A DNA stretch of 64,000 nt from Escherichia coli O127:H6 str. E2348/69 (GTDB lineage: Bacteria > Pseudomonadota > Gammaproteobacteria > Enterobacterales > Enterobacteriaceae), in the NCBI RefSeq assembly GCF_000026545.1, contig NC_011601.1; one strand, written 5' to 3'. Both the position numbers and the translations under genes were made by a program. The notes under the pieces are model-generated. The model ran no database searches and was not told where the DNA came from. It saw only the letters and a program-made list of their open reading frames with translations. Shown here piece by piece: positions 52,410-64,000 of this stretch (the first letter of the stretch is position 1; each line of letters opens with the position of its first letter).

Positions 52410-53398
52410 CTACAAAACATCGTGGCCATTTGTGGCTGAATAGCGTCGAGCATCTCATAGCGCCGACGGTATTCAGCCCGTTTTTTACTGGCGATTTCGG
52501 CAATCTCTTTTCGTGCTATCTGTGCTGGAAGGCGGTAATGGCGTTCAGCATCACATACGCCGCCAACCGATTCCCAGAAAGCGTTGTAATCAGCGTGGAT
52601 CTTGCCTTCTTTATCGCGATAACGCAGGCTGCGGTAAATATGCGTTTCATTGCTGACGGCAATAATCTGCTCTACCTGCAAACGTTGGGCAAACAGACAG
52701 GCCGCTTCCATCACGAGGCGTTTGGGAAATAGCCCGTGGCAGGCTTTCGTCGCATTCTGGATTTCCTGGTGTGGAATTTCCCATTTTGCGCCTTGCAGTC
52801 CGCCAATAAACATCGTCCTTTTCCCCTGATATTCACACAGGGTAAAAGTGAGCTCTGCCAGAGGAATACCTTCGCTGTTGCGGAACAGGATGGTGCTGTC
52901 ACCTTCTTTATCCATTGAGATCATCATGGTCAGCTCAAGCGTGAACTGCTCGCCGTTTTTGCCTTCCAGCTTCGCCAGTTGCAGCCCGGGGGTATTCAAA
53001 TATAAGCTGAATTCTTCCGCCGACATACACCCGCGGAGTAACGCATAATGGTAACGTAACGCCTCCAGCAATTGCTTACGGCTAAGATTCGCCGCAAGGT
53101 AAGGGCGATGTAGACGTACAGGCAGTCGCGGCTGGCGCGTTAACAACACATTGAGATTAGGCCAGTGGGAAAGTTCGTTCATCCACTCAACGCTTAAACG
53201 CGGCATAATCAACGAGCGCAGCAAAAATTTCTGGCGAAAACTACGGCGATGCCAGAATTTACCCGGCCGACACTGTCCTCGTGCCAGACTAAGAAAAAGT
53301 GACAGGCTGCTGAGAGATTCTGATGGCGTGAAGGTCCGTTCAGTTAGCTGCGACATATTCATGAAATCAATGGTTATACATGACGTCAATTTAACCAT
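52406..53398 (-). CDS. ybjX: DUF535 protein YbjX
   Basis: 330 aa. Confidence 0.8.
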   Translation of the reverse strand: MVKLTSCITIDFMNMSQLTERTFTPSESLSSLSLFLSLARGQCRPGKFWHRRSFRQKFLLRSLIMPRLSVEWMNELSHWPNLNVLLTRQPRLPVRLHRPYLAANLSRKQLLEALRYHYALLRGCMSAEEFSLYLNTPGLQLAKLEGKNGEQFTLELTMMISMDKEGDSTILFRNSEGIPLAELTFTLCEYQGKRTMFIGGLQGAKWEIPHQEIQNATKACHGLFPKRLVMEAACLFAQRLQVEQIIAVSNETHIYRSLRYRDKEGKIHADYNAFWESVGGVCDAERHYRLPAQIARKEIAEIASKKRAEYRRRYEMLDAIQPQMATMFCS

Positions 53399-53512
53399 TG
53401 CGTATCTTAACCAAACATCAATAGTGTGATTATTAACGTAAATTTTAGGGTTTTGTTGATATTTCGTTGAAGTTAATGACCCGGATTGGCATATGGAGTA
53501 TTCAGAATATTT

Positions 53513-54628
53513 ATGAAAAAGCGGAAAACCGTGAAGAAGCGTTACGTTATTGCGATGGTGATAGTCATCGCCGGGTTGATTACGTTATGGAGAATTCTTA
53601 ACGCACCCGTGCCGACTTATCAGACGCTGATTGTGCGCCCCGGTGATTTACAGCAAAGCGTGCTGGCGACCGGAAAGCTGGACGCGCTGCGTAAGGTTGA
53701 CGTGGGCGCGCAGGTCAGCGGTCAGTTGAAAACGCTGTCGGTGGCGATTGGCGATAAAGTAAAAAAAGACCAGCTTTTAGGGGTTATTGATCCTGAACAG
53801 GCTGAAAACCAGATCAAGGAGGTGGAAGCAACGCTGATGGAGCTACGCGCGCAGCGGCAGCAGGCGGAAGCGGAGCTGAAACTGGCGCGGGTGACGTATT
53901 CCCGTCAGCAACGTCTTGTACAAACGCAAGCGGTTTCACAGCAGGATCTCGATAACGCCGCGACGGAGATGGCTGTGAAACAGGCGCAAATTGGCACCAT
54001 TGACGCGCAAATCAAGCGCAATCAGGCCTCTCTCGATACGGCTAAAACCAATCTCGATTACACCCGCATCGTTGCCCCGATGGCCGGGGAAGTCACGCAA
54101 ATCACCACTCTGCAAGGCCAGACGGTGATTGCCGCACAACAAGCACCGAACATTCTGACGCTGGCAGATATGAGCACCATGCTGGTAAAAGCGCAGGTTT
54201 CTGAAGCGGATGTAATCCACCTGAAGCCGGGGCAAAAAGCCTGGTTTACGGTGCTTGGCGATCCACTGACGCGCTACGAGGGGCAAATCAAGGATGTGCT
54301 ACCGACGCCGGAAAAGATTAACGACGCTATTTTCTATTACGCCCGTTTTGAAGTACCCAACCCCAATGGTTTACTGCGGCTGGATATGACCGCGCAAGTG
54401 CATATTCAGCTCACCGATGTGAAAAATGTGCTGACGATCCCTCTGTCGGCGTTAGGCGATCCGGTTGGCGATAATCGTTATAAAGTCAAATTGTTGCGTA
54501 ATGGTGAAACACGCGAGCGTGAAGTGACGATTGGCGCACGTAACGATACCGATGTTGAGATTGTCAAAGGGCTGGAAGCGGGCGATGAAGTGGTGATTGG
54601 TGAGGCCAAACCAGGAGCTGCGCAATGA
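53513..54628 (+). CDS. macA: macrolide efflux periplasmic adaptor MacA
   Basis: 371 aa from ATG 53513. Confidence 0.9.
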   Translation: MKKRKTVKKRYVIAMVIVIAGLITLWRILNAPVPTYQTLIVRPGDLQQSVLATGKLDALRKVDVGAQVSGQLKTLSVAIGDKVKKDQLLGVIDPEQAENQIKEVEATLMELRAQRQQAEAELKLARVTYSRQQRLVQTQAVSQQDLDNAATEMAVKQAQIGTIDAQIKRNQASLDTAKTNLDYTRIVAPMAGEVTQITTLQGQTVIAAQQAPNILTLADMSTMLVKAQVSEADVIHLKPGQKAWFTVLGDPLTRYEGQIKDVLPTPEKINDAIFYYARFEVPNPNGLLRLDMTAQVHIQLTDVKNVLTIPLSALGDPVGDNRYKVKLLRNGETREREVTIGARNDTDVEIVKGLEAGDEVVIGEAKPGAAQ

Positions 54629-56571
54629 CACCCTTGCTCGAATTAAAGGATATTCGTCGCAGCTATCCTGCCGGTGATGAGCAGGTTGAGGTGCTGAAGG
54701 GCATCAGCCTCGATATTTATGCTGGTGAGATGGTGGCGATTGTCGGCGCTTCGGGTTCCGGTAAATCGACCCTGATGAATATTCTCGGCTGCCTGGATAA
54801 GGCCACCAGCGGCACCTATCGCGTAGCCGGTAAGGATGTTGCCACGCTGGACGCCGATGCGCTGGCGCAACTGCGCCGCGAGCATTTCGGCTTTATTTTC
54901 CAGCGTTACCATTTGCTTTCGCATTTAACCGCCGAGCAGAACGTTGAAGTACCCGCCGTCTATGCCGGTCTTGAGCGGAAACAGCGGCTGCTTCGCGCCC
55001 AGGAGTTACTGCAACGACTGGGGCTGGAAGACCGTACAGAGTATTACCCGGCACAGCTTTCGGGTGGCCAGCAACAGCGCGTCAGCATCGCGCGGGCATT
55101 GATGAACGGCGGTCAGGTAATTCTTGCCGATGAACCGACCGGCGCACTGGACAGCCATTCTGGCGAAGAGGTGATGGCGATCCTGCATCAGCTGCGCGAT
55201 CGCGGGCATACGGTGATTATCGTCACCCACGATCCGCAGGTTGCTGCTCAGGCCGAGCGGGTGATCGAAATTCGCGACGGCGAAATTGTGCGCAATCCTC
55301 CCGCCGTTGAAAAAGTGAATGCTACTGGCGGAACGGAACCTGTTGTCAACACGGCGTCTGGCTGGCGGCAGTTTGTCAGCGGTTTTAACGAGGCGCTGAC
55401 GATGGCATGGCGGGCGCTGGCAGCGAATAAAATGCGTACTTTTCTGACCATGCTGGGGATTATTATCGGTATTGCGTCGGTGGTTTCCATTGTCGTGGTG
55501 GGCGACGCCGCTAAACAAATGGTGCTGGCGGATATTCGTTCTATTGGTACGAATACTATTGATGTCTATCCCGGGAAAGATTTTGGCGATGACGATCCGC
55601 AATATCAGCAGGCGCTGAAGTACGACGACTTAATCGCCATCCAAAAACAACCGTGGGTTGCCTCTGCCACGCCCGCCGTCTCGCAAAACCTGCGCCTGCG
55701 TTATAACAATGTTGATGTGGCTGCCAGTGCCAATGGCGTGAGCGGCGATTATTTTAATGTCTATGGCATGACCTTCAGTGAAGGGAACACCTTTAATCAG
55801 GAGCAGCTGAACGGTCGTGCGCAGGTCGTGGTTCTCGACAGTAATACTCGCCGCCAGCTTTTCCCCCATAAAGCAGATGTGGTTGGCGAGGTGATTCTGG
55901 TCGGCAATATGCCCGCCAGAGTCATTGGTGTGGCGGAAGAAAAACAGTCGATGTTTGGTAGCAGTAAAGTGCTGCGTGTCTGGCTGCCATACAGCACGAT
56001 GTCCGGGCGAGTTATGGGGCAGTCGTGGCTGAACTCCATTACTGTCAGGGTGAAAGAAGGCTTTGACAGCGCTGAGGCGGAACAGCAACTCACGCGTTTA
56101 CTTTCACTGCGCCACGGTAAGAAGGATTTCTTTACCTGGAACATGGATGGCGTCTTGAAAACCGTTGAAAAGACCACACGTACTTTACAACTGTTTCTGA
56201 CGCTGGTTGCGGTGATTTCGCTGGTGGTGGGCGGTATTGGTGTAATGAATATTATGCTGGTGTCAGTGACCGAGCGGACGCGGGAAATTGGCATTCGCAT
56301 GGCTGTAGGTGCGCGAGCAAGCGATGTTTTGCAACAGTTTCTGATCGAAGCCGTACTGGTTTGCCTGGTTGGTGGCGCTTTGGGAATAACACTGTCACTG
56401 TTAATTGCTTTCACCTTGCAGCTTTTCTTACCCGGCTGGGAGATTGGTTTTTCACCGTTGGCACTGCTGCTGGCGTTTCTTTGCTCGACGGTCACCGGGA
56501 TTTTATTTGGCTGGTTACCCGCACGAAATGCGGCACGACTGGATCCAGTAGATGCTCTGGCACGAGAGTAA
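54625..56571 (+). CDS. macB: macrolide efflux ABC transporter MacB (ATPase-permease fusion)
   Basis: 648 aa, Walker [10 protein letters not shown]. Confidence 0.9.
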   Translation: MTPLLELKDIRRSYPAGDEQVEVLKGISLDIYAGEMVAIVGASGSGKSTLMNILGCLDKATSGTYRVAGKDVATLDADALAQLRREHFGFIFQRYHLLSHLTAEQNVEVPAVYAGLERKQRLLRAQELLQRLGLEDRTEYYPAQLSGGQQQRVSIARALMNGGQVILADEPTGALDSHSGEEVMAILHQLRDRGHTVIIVTHDPQVAAQAERVIEIRDGEIVRNPPAVEKVNATGGTEPVVNTASGWRQFVSGFNEALTMAWRALAANKMRTFLTMLGIIIGIASVVSIVVVGDAAKQMVLADIRSIGTNTIDVYPGKDFGDDDPQYQQALKYDDLIAIQKQPWVASATPAVSQNLRLRYNNVDVAASANGVSGDYFNVYGMTFSEGNTFNQEQLNGRAQVVVLDSNTRRQLFPHKADVVGEVILVGNMPARVIGVAEEKQSMFGSSKVLRVWLPYSTMSGRVMGQSWLNSITVRVKEGFDSAEAEQQLTRLLSLRHGKKDFFTWNMDGVLKTVEKTTRTLQLFLTLVAVISLVVGGIGVMNIMLVSVTERTREIGIRMAVGARASDVLQQFLIEAVLVCLVGGALGITLSLLIAFTLQLFLPGWEIGFSPLALLLAFLCSTVTGILFGWLPARNAARLDPVDALARE

Positions 56572-56643
56572 TTTTTGAGATAAAAATGCCAGCCGATCGG
56601 GCTGGCATTTTGCCTTTAGGATGTACACAATGAGACAGAAGAG

Positions 56644-56868
56644 CTATGCGACTGCCGCTTCTACTTCGACGGGCACAATAACACTGGCGTGATTGCCTTT
56701 TGGCCCCTGGTGGACATCAAACTGAACGGATTGTCCAGCTTTTAGCGTTCTGTAACCATCCATCTGAATGGTGGAATAATGAGCGAAAATATCTTCGCCG
56801 CCGCCTTCAGGGCAGATGAAACCAAACCCTTTGGCATTGTTGAACCACTTAACAGTACCCTTTTCCAT
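56644..56868 (-). CDS. cspD: cold-shock-domain protein CspD
   Basis: 74 aa, KWFN..KGFGFI motif. Confidence 0.9.
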   Translation of the reverse strand: MEKGTVKWFNNAKGFGFICPEGGGEDIFAHYSTIQMDGYRTLKAGQSVQFDVHQGPKGNHASVIVPVEVEAAVA

Positions 56869-57190
56869 GCTTCGACATCCTTCGCAAATCTTATACAAGT
56901 AAGATGGAATAAACCGGGGTCAGAGAGGGGGCTGTTCAAAACCTCGCCAACTCTAGAAATACAATTTAGAGAATTAGGGCGAGCCGTCAAGCATTTGACA
57001 GGGGGCAGGGGGCAGGTATGAATCAAAAATTTGAAGCAGTTAACGCTATTGACAGGAATGTGACAGATGTCGCTGATGCCAACGATAGATGATAGTTATC
57101 TATCATGTGGAGTAGATTGGTCAGGCAAATAAGCTCTTGTCAGCGGCAGGGCGTTCTGCCGATAACCGTAACCGAAGATGATAACTGACA

Positions 57191-57511
57191 ATGGGTAAAA
57201 CGAACGACTGGCTGGACTTTGAACAACTGGCGGAAGAAAAAGTTCGCGACGCGCTAAAACCGCCATCTATGTATAAAGTGATATTAGTCAATGATGATTA
57301 TACTCCGATGGAGTTTGTTATTGACGTGTTACAAAAATTCTTTTCTTATGATGTAGAACGTGCAACGCAATTGATGCTCGCTGTTCACTACCAGGGGAAG
57401 GCCATTTGCGGAGTCTTTACCGCTGAGGTTGCAGAAACCAAAGTGGCGATGGTGAACAAGTACGCGAGGGAGAATGAGCATCCATTGCTGTGTACGCTAG
57501 AAAAAGCCTGA
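57191..57511 (+). CDS. clpS: ClpS adaptor protein
   Basis: 106 aa. Confidence 0.9.
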   Translation: MGKTNDWLDFEQLAEEKVRDALKPPSMYKVILVNDDYTPMEFVIDVLQKFFSYDVERATQLMLAVHYQGKAICGVFTAEVAETKVAMVNKYARENEHPLLCTLEKA

Positions 57512-57541
57512 ATGCAGGCATAAAAATTGGGGGAGGTGCCT

Positions 57542-59818
57542 ATGCTCAATCAAGAACTGGAACTCAGTTTAAATATGGCTTTCGCCAGAGCGCGCGAGCA
57601 CCGTCATGAGTTTATGACCGTCGAGCACTTGTTACTGGCGCTGCTCAGTAACCCATCTGCCCGGGAGGCGCTGGAAGCGTGCTCTGTGGATTTGGTTGCG
57701 CTCCGTCAGGAACTGGAAGCCTTTATTGAACAAACCACACCCGTTCTGCCTGCCAGTGAAGAGGAGCGCGACACACAGCCGACGCTGAGTTTTCAGCGCG
57801 TACTGCAACGTGCGGTCTTCCATGTCCAGTCCTCCGGTCGCAATGAGGTTACCGGTGCAAACGTTCTGGTCGCTATCTTTAGCGAACAGGAGTCGCAGGC
57901 GGCATATCTGTTGCGCAAACATGAAGTCAGCCGTCTCGATGTGGTGAACTTTATCTCTCATGGCACGCGTAAAGACGAGCCGACACAGTCTTCTGATCCT
58001 GGCAGCCAGCCAAACAGCGAAGAACAAGCTGGTGGGGAGGAACGTATGGAGAATTTCACGACGAACCTGAATCAGCTTGCGCGAGTGGGCGGAATCGACC
58101 CACTGATTGGTCGTGAGAAGGAGCTGGAGCGTGCTATTCAGGTTCTCTGCCGTCGCCGTAAAAACAACCCGCTGCTGGTAGGGGAGTCTGGTGTCGGTAA
58201 AACCGCGATTGCGGAGGGGCTTGCATGGCGAATTGTTCAGGGCGATGTGCCGGAAGTGATGGCTGACTGTACGATTTACTCTCTCGATATCGGTTCTCTG
58301 TTAGCGGGCACAAAATATCGCGGAGACTTTGAAAAACGTTTTAAAGCGTTGCTCAAGCAGCTGGAGCAAGACACTAACAGCATCCTGTTTATTGATGAGA
58401 TCCACACCATTATCGGTGCGGGTGCAGCGTCTGGTGGCCAGGTCGATGCGGCTAACCTGATCAAACCGTTGCTCTCCAGCGGTAAAATCCGCGTAATTGG
58501 TTCGACAACCTATCAGGAGTTCAGCAACATTTTTGAGAAAGACCGTGCTCTGGCGCGTCGCTTCCAGAAAATTGATATTACTGAACCGTCAATCGAAGAA
58601 ACTGTTCAAATCATCAATGGCCTGAAACCGAAGTATGAAGCGCACCACGACGTGCGTTATACCGCAAAAGCGGTGCGTGCGGCGGTAGAGCTGGCGGTGA
58701 AATACATTAACGATCGTCATCTGCCGGATAAAGCGATTGATGTTATCGACGAAGCGGGCGCTCGCGCACGTCTGATGCCGGTAAGCAAACGCAAGAAAAC
58801 CGTTAATGTGGCGGATATTGAATCCGTGGTGGCCCGTATTGCACGCATTCCAGAGAAGAGTGTTTCTCAGAGTGACCGCGATACCCTGAAAAACCTCGGC
58901 GATCGCCTGAAAATGCTGGTCTTCGGTCAGGATAAAGCCATCGAGGCGCTGACTGAAGCCATTAAGATGGCGCGTGCAGGTTTAGGTCACGAACATAAAC
59001 CGGTCGGTTCGTTCCTGTTTGCCGGCCCTACTGGGGTCGGGAAAACAGAGGTGACGGTACAGCTTTCGAAAGCGTTGGGCATTGAGCTTCTGCGCTTTGA
59101 TATGTCCGAGTATATGGAACGCCATACCGTCAGCCGTCTGATTGGTGCGCCTCCGGGATACGTTGGTTTTGATCAGGGCGGTTTGCTGACTGATGCGGTC
59201 ATCAAGCATCCACATGCGGTGCTGCTGCTGGACGAAATCGAGAAAGCGCACCCGGACGTGTTCAACATCCTCTTGCAGGTGATGGATAACGGTACGCTGA
59301 CCGATAACAACGGACGCAAAGCGGACTTCCGTAACGTGGTGCTGGTGATGACCACTAATGCCGGGGTACGGGAAACTGAGCGCAAATCCATTGGTCTTAT
59401 CCACCAGGATAACAGCACCGATGCGATGGAAGAGATCAAGAAGATCTTTACACCGGAATTCCGTAACCGTCTCGACAACATTATCTGGTTCGATCATCTG
59501 TCAACCGACGTGATCCATCAGGTGGTGGATAAATTCATCGTCGAGTTGCAGGTTCAGTTGGATCAGAAAGGTGTTTCTCTGGAAGTGAGCCAGGAAGCGC
59601 GTAACTGGCTGGCCGAGAAAGGTTACGACCGGGCAATGGGCGCACGTCCGATGGCGCGTGTCATCCAGGACAACCTGAAAAAACCGCTCGCCAACGAACT
59701 GCTGTTTGGTTCGCTGGTGGACGGCGGTCAGGTCACCGTCGCGCTGGATAAAGAGAAAAATGAGCTGACTTACGGATTCCAGAGTGCACAAAAGCACAAG
59801 GCGGAAGCAGCGCATTAA
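57542..59818 (+). CDS. clpA: ATP-dependent Clp protease ATP-binding subunit ClpA
   Basis: 758 aa, two AAA+ modules ([16 protein letters not shown]). Confidence 0.9.
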   Translation: MLNQELELSLNMAFARAREHRHEFMTVEHLLLALLSNPSAREALEACSVDLVALRQELEAFIEQTTPVLPASEEERDTQPTLSFQRVLQRAVFHVQSSGRNEVTGANVLVAIFSEQESQAAYLLRKHEVSRLDVVNFISHGTRKDEPTQSSDPGSQPNSEEQAGGEERMENFTTNLNQLARVGGIDPLIGREKELERAIQVLCRRRKNNPLLVGESGVGKTAIAEGLAWRIVQGDVPEVMADCTIYSLDIGSLLAGTKYRGDFEKRFKALLKQLEQDTNSILFIDEIHTIIGAGAASGGQVDAANLIKPLLSSGKIRVIGSTTYQEFSNIFEKDRALARRFQKIDITEPSIEETVQIINGLKPKYEAHHDVRYTAKAVRAAVELAVKYINDRHLPDKAIDVIDEAGARARLMPVSKRKKTVNVADIESVVARIARIPEKSVSQSDRDTLKNLGDRLKMLVFGQDKAIEALTEAIKMARAGLGHEHKPVGSFLFAGPTGVGKTEVTVQLSKALGIELLRFDMSEYMERHTVSRLIGAPPGYVGFDQGGLLTDAVIKHPHAVLLLDEIEKAHPDVFNILLQVMDNGTLTDNNGRKADFRNVVLVMTTNAGVRETERKSIGLIHQDNSTDAMEEIKKIFTPEFRNRLDNIIWFDHLSTDVIHQVVDKFIVELQVQLDQKGVSLEVSQEARNWLAEKGYDRAMGARPMARVIQDNLKKPLANELLFGSLVDGGQVTVALDKEKNELTYGFQSAQKHKAEAAH

Positions 59819-59842
59819 TCTGATTGTCTGGTAGGTTGGTGA

Positions 59843-59880
59843 AGTCCGTAATCTCGTCAGGGGTTACGGACTTTTTATTT
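59843..59880 (+). terminator. intrinsic terminator after clpA
   Basis: AGTCCGTAA...TTACGGACT hairpin followed by TTTTATTT. Confidence 0.5.
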
Positions 59881-60055
59881 ATGGGGGGAGGAGGTTCAGA
59901 CCCTTTTTTTAATGATGATGCTAAGTTATTGATAATTAGTGCTGCGGGTAGGTAAGGATAAAAAAGGGTGGCAGCAGGAGATTGAGATGGTTTTGCTTTA
60001 TTAACAACGGGCTAAACGTGTAGTATTTGAGTTCACTGCCGTACAGGCAGATAAA

Positions 60056-60120
60056 ATGCGAAAAAAAACTCGTACTTTCGTACGAGCTTTTCTTTAAAGA
60101 TGGCGGTGAGGGGGGGATTG
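60056..60120. repeat. upstream copy of the ~63-bp direct repeat: terminator hairpin plus tRNA-Ser 3'-end-like sequence
   Basis: Near-identical to 60234-60298, which is the 3' end and terminator of serW; the two copies are separated by ~113 bp. Confidence 0.4.
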
Positions 60121-60279
60121 ACTCGCTTCGCTCGCCCTGCGGGCAGCCCACTCACTGCGTTCGTGGTCTGTCCAACTGGCTGCGCCAGTTGTCGAACCCC
60201 GGTCGGGGCTTCTCATCCCCCCTGGAGTGCAATATGCGAAAAAAAAGCTCGCACTTTCGTACGAGCTTTTCTTTAAATA

Positions 60280-60367
60280 TGGCGGTGAAGGGGGGATTCG
60301 AACCCCCGATACGTTGCCGTATACACACTTTCCAGGCGTGCTCCTTCAGCCACTCGGACACCTCACC
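60280..60367 (-). tRNA. serW: tRNA-Ser (anticodon GGA)
   Basis: 88-nt minus-strand sequence GGTGAGGTGTCCGAGTGG...GGTTCGAATCCCCCCTTCACCGCCA with long variable arm. Confidence 0.9.
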
Positions 60368-60551
60368 AAATTGTTTTGCTACCAAACCTCATGGGTGGCA
60401 ACGGGGCGCTACTATAGGGAGTTGGAGTAAAACGGTCAAGAAGAATTTTAATGATAATTATTGTTTGCTCATACTGTAAACAAGTTGTGCAGTATATCTA
60501 CATCGAGACAAGTTATGGACTTATACTTCCAAAGTACTTCATACATATCAC

Positions 60552-60585
60552 AAAATAAAAAGGCCGGTTAAACCGACCTTTTACT
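60552..60585 (-). terminator. intrinsic terminator downstream of infA
   Basis: GGTCGGTTTAACCGGCC hairpin followed on the minus strand by a T-run. Confidence 0.4.
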
Positions 60586-60620
60586 CGTTCTTTCTCTTCG
60601 CCCATCAGGCGGTAAAACAA

Positions 60621-60842
<222 letters not shown>

Positions 60843-61123
60843 ATCCTCTGGGGTATCACTACCGTAATTTGAACCGGCAAGATAATGCCGAAGTTCTGTA
60901 AATAAGTAAAGATTTGCGCGCTAAATCGCAACAAACAGGTTCGGCACATTACTCCGAAAACACACGGCTAAGCCGCACCAAAAGCGCAACGTATAAGGGA
61001 GCGGTGAGATAAACGATGGGCGTTACCTGACGCGAAAAATTCCTTATCGGCAGCGGGGTAATGAGCGTAACCAACTCTGCGACCGCAATTATAACACTCT
61101 GGGGAGAAATGTGCCGAAAACAT

Positions 61124-61828
61124 TCATTCTTGTGGTGAAAACAAGCATCGAGGTACCCAGAAATTATTCGGCAATCGTCCGAGGCGCATTTGATTGAGAT
61201 AATTAAGGTAATCCCGGCGGGGAATTTCGCAGGCACCAAGCGATGCTGTGTGATCGTTAAGGATCTGGCAGTCGATAAGTTTACCGCCATGACGGATAAA
61301 TTCCTCACAGAATACCAGAAGCGCCGTTTTGGACGCATTTTCCATCCGGCTGAACATGGACTCGCCACAAAATAGTGTTCCCTGGGCCACGCCGTACATA
61401 CCGCCGACAAGCTCATCTTCACGCCAGACTTCAATGGAGTGGGCATGACCGAGTTCGTGAAGGCGATGGTAGGCTTCGACCACGCCACGCGTGATCCAGG
61501 TTCCTTCTTCGCGATCGCTGGCACAGCCTTCGATGACCTGACCAAAAGCGTAATTCATCGTGACACGATAGGGTGAGCGTTTATGAAATCGCTTCATACT
61601 ACGGCTGATATGCAGTGATTCTGGCCATAACACCGCGCGGGGATCGGGCGACCACCAGAGGATGGGGTCGCCAGGAGAAAACCACGGGAAAATACCACGC
61701 TGATAAGCCATTAACAGGCGCGCAGGGCTAAGATCGCCCCCCAGTGCCAGCAGGCCGTTAGGCTCACGTAATGCGCCTTCCGGGGAAGGGAAGGCTATTG
61801 AATGGCGAGAAAGCTGAACCAGGCGCAT
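61124..61828 (-). CDS. aat: leucyl/phenylalanyl-tRNA--protein transferase
   Basis: 234 aa. Confidence 0.9.
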
Positions 61829-61869
61829 GACCGCAAAACTCCACGCAAGTCGGATCGTTCAATAATAGC

Positions 61870-63591
61870 TTACAAACCCTGCTTAAACTGGTAATAACGC
61901 CCCTGTCTGGCAAGCAGTTCTGCGTGAGTACCTTGCTCAATAATTTGCCCGTTGTCCATCACTATTATTTGTTGGAAACGAGAGAGTCCGCGAAGTCGAT
62001 GGGTGACCATTAACACCGTTTTCTCGCACATCATTTCTGCAAGCAATTCAAGGATCTGACTTTCGGTTGTGGCATCTAAACCTTCTGTAGGTTCATCCAG
62101 CAATACCAGCGGCGCATCATGTAACAGCGCACGGGCGATAGCCAGACGGCGCAGTTCACCACCGGAGAGCTGGCGTCCGCCTTCACCTAACCAACTGTTG
62201 AGACCTGCATCCTCGAGCAGCTTCTCCAGACCAACGCGACGCAAGATCTCCGCCAGAGCCTCATCACTACTACCAGGCGAGGCGAGTAACAGATTATCAC
62301 GCAGCGTGGCGCTAAACAGATGCACTCGCTGGGGAACAACGCTGATGGTCTGTCGTAGAGCCGCTTCATTCAGGCTGGCTATGGGACTATCGTTAAGCAA
62401 AATCTCGCCCTGTTGCGGGTCCCATGCGCGGGTCAGCAGTTGTAACAGTGTTGATTTGCCGCATCCGGTTCGCCCGAGAATCGCAATATGTTCCCCGGCG
62501 TTTACCTGAAGATAAATCCCTTTAAGTGCCTGTTGGGATTGCTCCGGATAAGTGAACTGAACATCCCGTAATGTCAGCGAAACGCGATCGGCAACACGAG
62601 TTTGGGTATCAGGGAAGGTGACTTCCGGTTTTTGAGCCGTTAAATCAGAGATCCGTACGGCAGAGGCAATGACTTGCCCCAGATGCTGAAATGCACCCGT
62701 TACTGGTGCCAGTGCTTCAAACGCGGCTAACGCGCAGAAGACAAACAGGGCAATTAACGCGCCGGGTTGAGCATTGCCGCCAACGCCGCCAGACGCCATC
62801 CACAGCATCAGGATCACCGCTAACGCGCCAATGAGCAGCATTATCGCTTGCGACAATGCGGTGAGTTCAGATTGACGACGTTGCGCTTCCAGCCACTGAA
62901 TTTCGGTATTCTCTAACTGCGTGCGATAACGATCGCTGGCACCAAAAATGGTCAGCTCAGCTTGCCCTTGCAGCCAGGCCGTCAGTTGTTGGCGATACTG
63001 CCCGCGAAGATGAGTCAGATTTTGCCCTGTGCTTTTTCCCGCACGATAAAACAGCGGTGGCATCAGGAAAAGCGTCAGTAACATAATGCCACCCAGCGTA
63101 AAGGCGAGGGTGAAATCAAGGAAACTTAACCCGATTGTCACCACCATAATCACCACAAAAGCCCCCACCAGCGGCGAGATAACGCGCAGGTAAAGATGAT
63201 CGAGCGTATCAACATCCGCCACCACGCGGTTGAGTAATTCGCCCTGACGATAGCGCGCCAGTCCGGCAGGGGAGAGGGGCAGCAATTTGCTGAAGGTGTA
63301 TATGCGCAGATGCTGCAACACGCGGAAAGTCGCGTCGTGACTTACCAGACGTTCAAAATAACGCCCGGCAGTACGGGTGATTGCTGCGCCACGCACGCCC
63401 GCAGCGGGTAGCATATAGTTGAAGCTGTACAGTCCGGCAACCCCCGCTACCGCTGAGGCGGAGAGGAACCAGCCGGAAAGGGTCAACAGACCGATACTGG
63501 CGAGCAGCGTGACAATTGCCAGCACGATACCAAGACTTAACATCCATTTATGACGTTTATACAGTGCCAGATAGGGTAGCAAAGCGCGCAT
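61870..63591 (-). CDS. cydC: cysteine/glutathione ABC exporter CydC
   Basis: 573 aa, Walker A GRTGCGKST. Confidence 0.9.
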   Translation of the reverse strand: MRALLPYLALYKRHKWMLSLGIVLAIVTLLASIGLLTLSGWFLSASAVAGVAGLYSFNYMLPAAGVRGAAITRTAGRYFERLVSHDATFRVLQHLRIYTFSKLLPLSPAGLARYRQGELLNRVVADVDTLDHLYLRVISPLVGAFVVIMVVTIGLSFLDFTLAFTLGGIMLLTLFLMPPLFYRAGKSTGQNLTHLRGQYRQQLTAWLQGQAELTIFGASDRYRTQLENTEIQWLEAQRRQSELTALSQAIMLLIGALAVILMLWMASGGVGGNAQPGALIALFVFCALAAFEALAPVTGAFQHLGQVIASAVRISDLTAQKPEVTFPDTQTRVADRVSLTLRDVQFTYPEQSQQALKGIYLQVNAGEHIAILGRTGCGKSTLLQLLTRAWDPQQGEILLNDSPIASLNEAALRQTISVVPQRVHLFSATLRDNLLLASPGSSDEALAEILRRVGLEKLLEDAGLNSWLGEGGRQLSGGELRRLAIARALLHDAPLVLLDEPTEGLDATTESQILELLAEMMCEKTVLMVTHRLRGLSRFQQIIVMDNGQIIEQGTHAELLARQGRYYQFKQGL

Positions 63592-64000
63592 TTAAATCTC
63601 CTCCTGACGATGGGCCAGTAATGTGGCGAATGGGCCGCCAGCCACACTTAATTCCGCGTAACGTCCTTGCTCAATAATCTGACCATCCTGCATTACCCAA
63701 ATGACATCCCAGTCAGCAAGATCTTCTAACTGGTGGGTGACCATTAACGTTGTCTGGCGCAGAGAGGCGGCATTCAGCGCCTCCATTACGCGCTGTTCAC
63801 TGTGAGCATCAAGGCTGGCAGCGGGTTCATCCAACAGTAATAGCGAACAGGGATTTAGTAACGCACGGGCCACCGCCACGCGCTGCGCCTGCCCCACGGA
63901 AAGGCGGGCAGCCTGGTCGCCAACAGGCGTATCAACGCCTTGTGGCAGGAGCGGTAGAAACTCACTGACCCAGGCGTTATCCAGCGCTGTTTGTAACTCT
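63592..64000 (-). CDS. cydD: ABC exporter CydD, C-terminal part (gene continues beyond the window)
   Basis: ABC signature LSGGQAQRVAVARAL; ORF open to the window edge. Confidence 0.85.
   Translation of the reverse strand, partial: ELQTALDNAWVSEFLPLLPQGVDTPVGDQAARLSVGQAQRVAVARALLNPCSLLLLDEPAASLDAHSEQRVMEALNAASLRQTTLMVTHQLEDLADWDVIWVMQDGQIIEQGRYAELSVAGGPFATLLAHRQEEI

Noticed and set aside
60949-61545. 198-codon ORF overlapping aat
   Set aside because: Out-of-frame overlap with the well-supported aat gene and intergenic sequence; no recognisable features.

Overview
The window is an Escherichia coli-type chromosomal segment. Bases ~1074-22423 are the late (structural and lysis) region of a P2-like prophage: portal Q and terminase P on the minus strand, then O-N-M-L-X, a holin/SAR-endolysin/LysA/LysB/LysC lysis cassette, R, a disrupted S, an inverted baseplate/tail-fibre block (V-W-J-I-H on the minus strand, H truncated), an AT-rich orphan gene plus a Hin/Gin-family DNA invertase, then FI-FII-E/E'-T-U-D-ogr. 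Bases 1-1073 carry an AT-rich DprA/Smf-like gene that abuts the 3' end of Q. From ~22.6 kb onward the sequence is the conserved ybjL-ybjM-grxA-ybjC-nfsA-rimK-ybjN-potFGHI-ybjO-rlmC-artJMQIP-ybjPQ-amiD-ybjST-ltaE-poxB-hcr-hcp-ybjE-aqpZ-ybjD-ybjX-macAB-cspD-clpSA-serW-infA-aat-cydCD region. The most interesting signal is the AT-rich orphan gene at 13293-14453, which has a C-terminal HEPN-like R-x4-H motif and lies inside an apparently invertible segment bounded by 11-bp inverted repeats next to the invertase. The DprA-like cargo gene at the left edge is the second candidate. No CRISPR array was seen. All protein identifications rest on recognition of the translated ORFs from memory, not on database searches.
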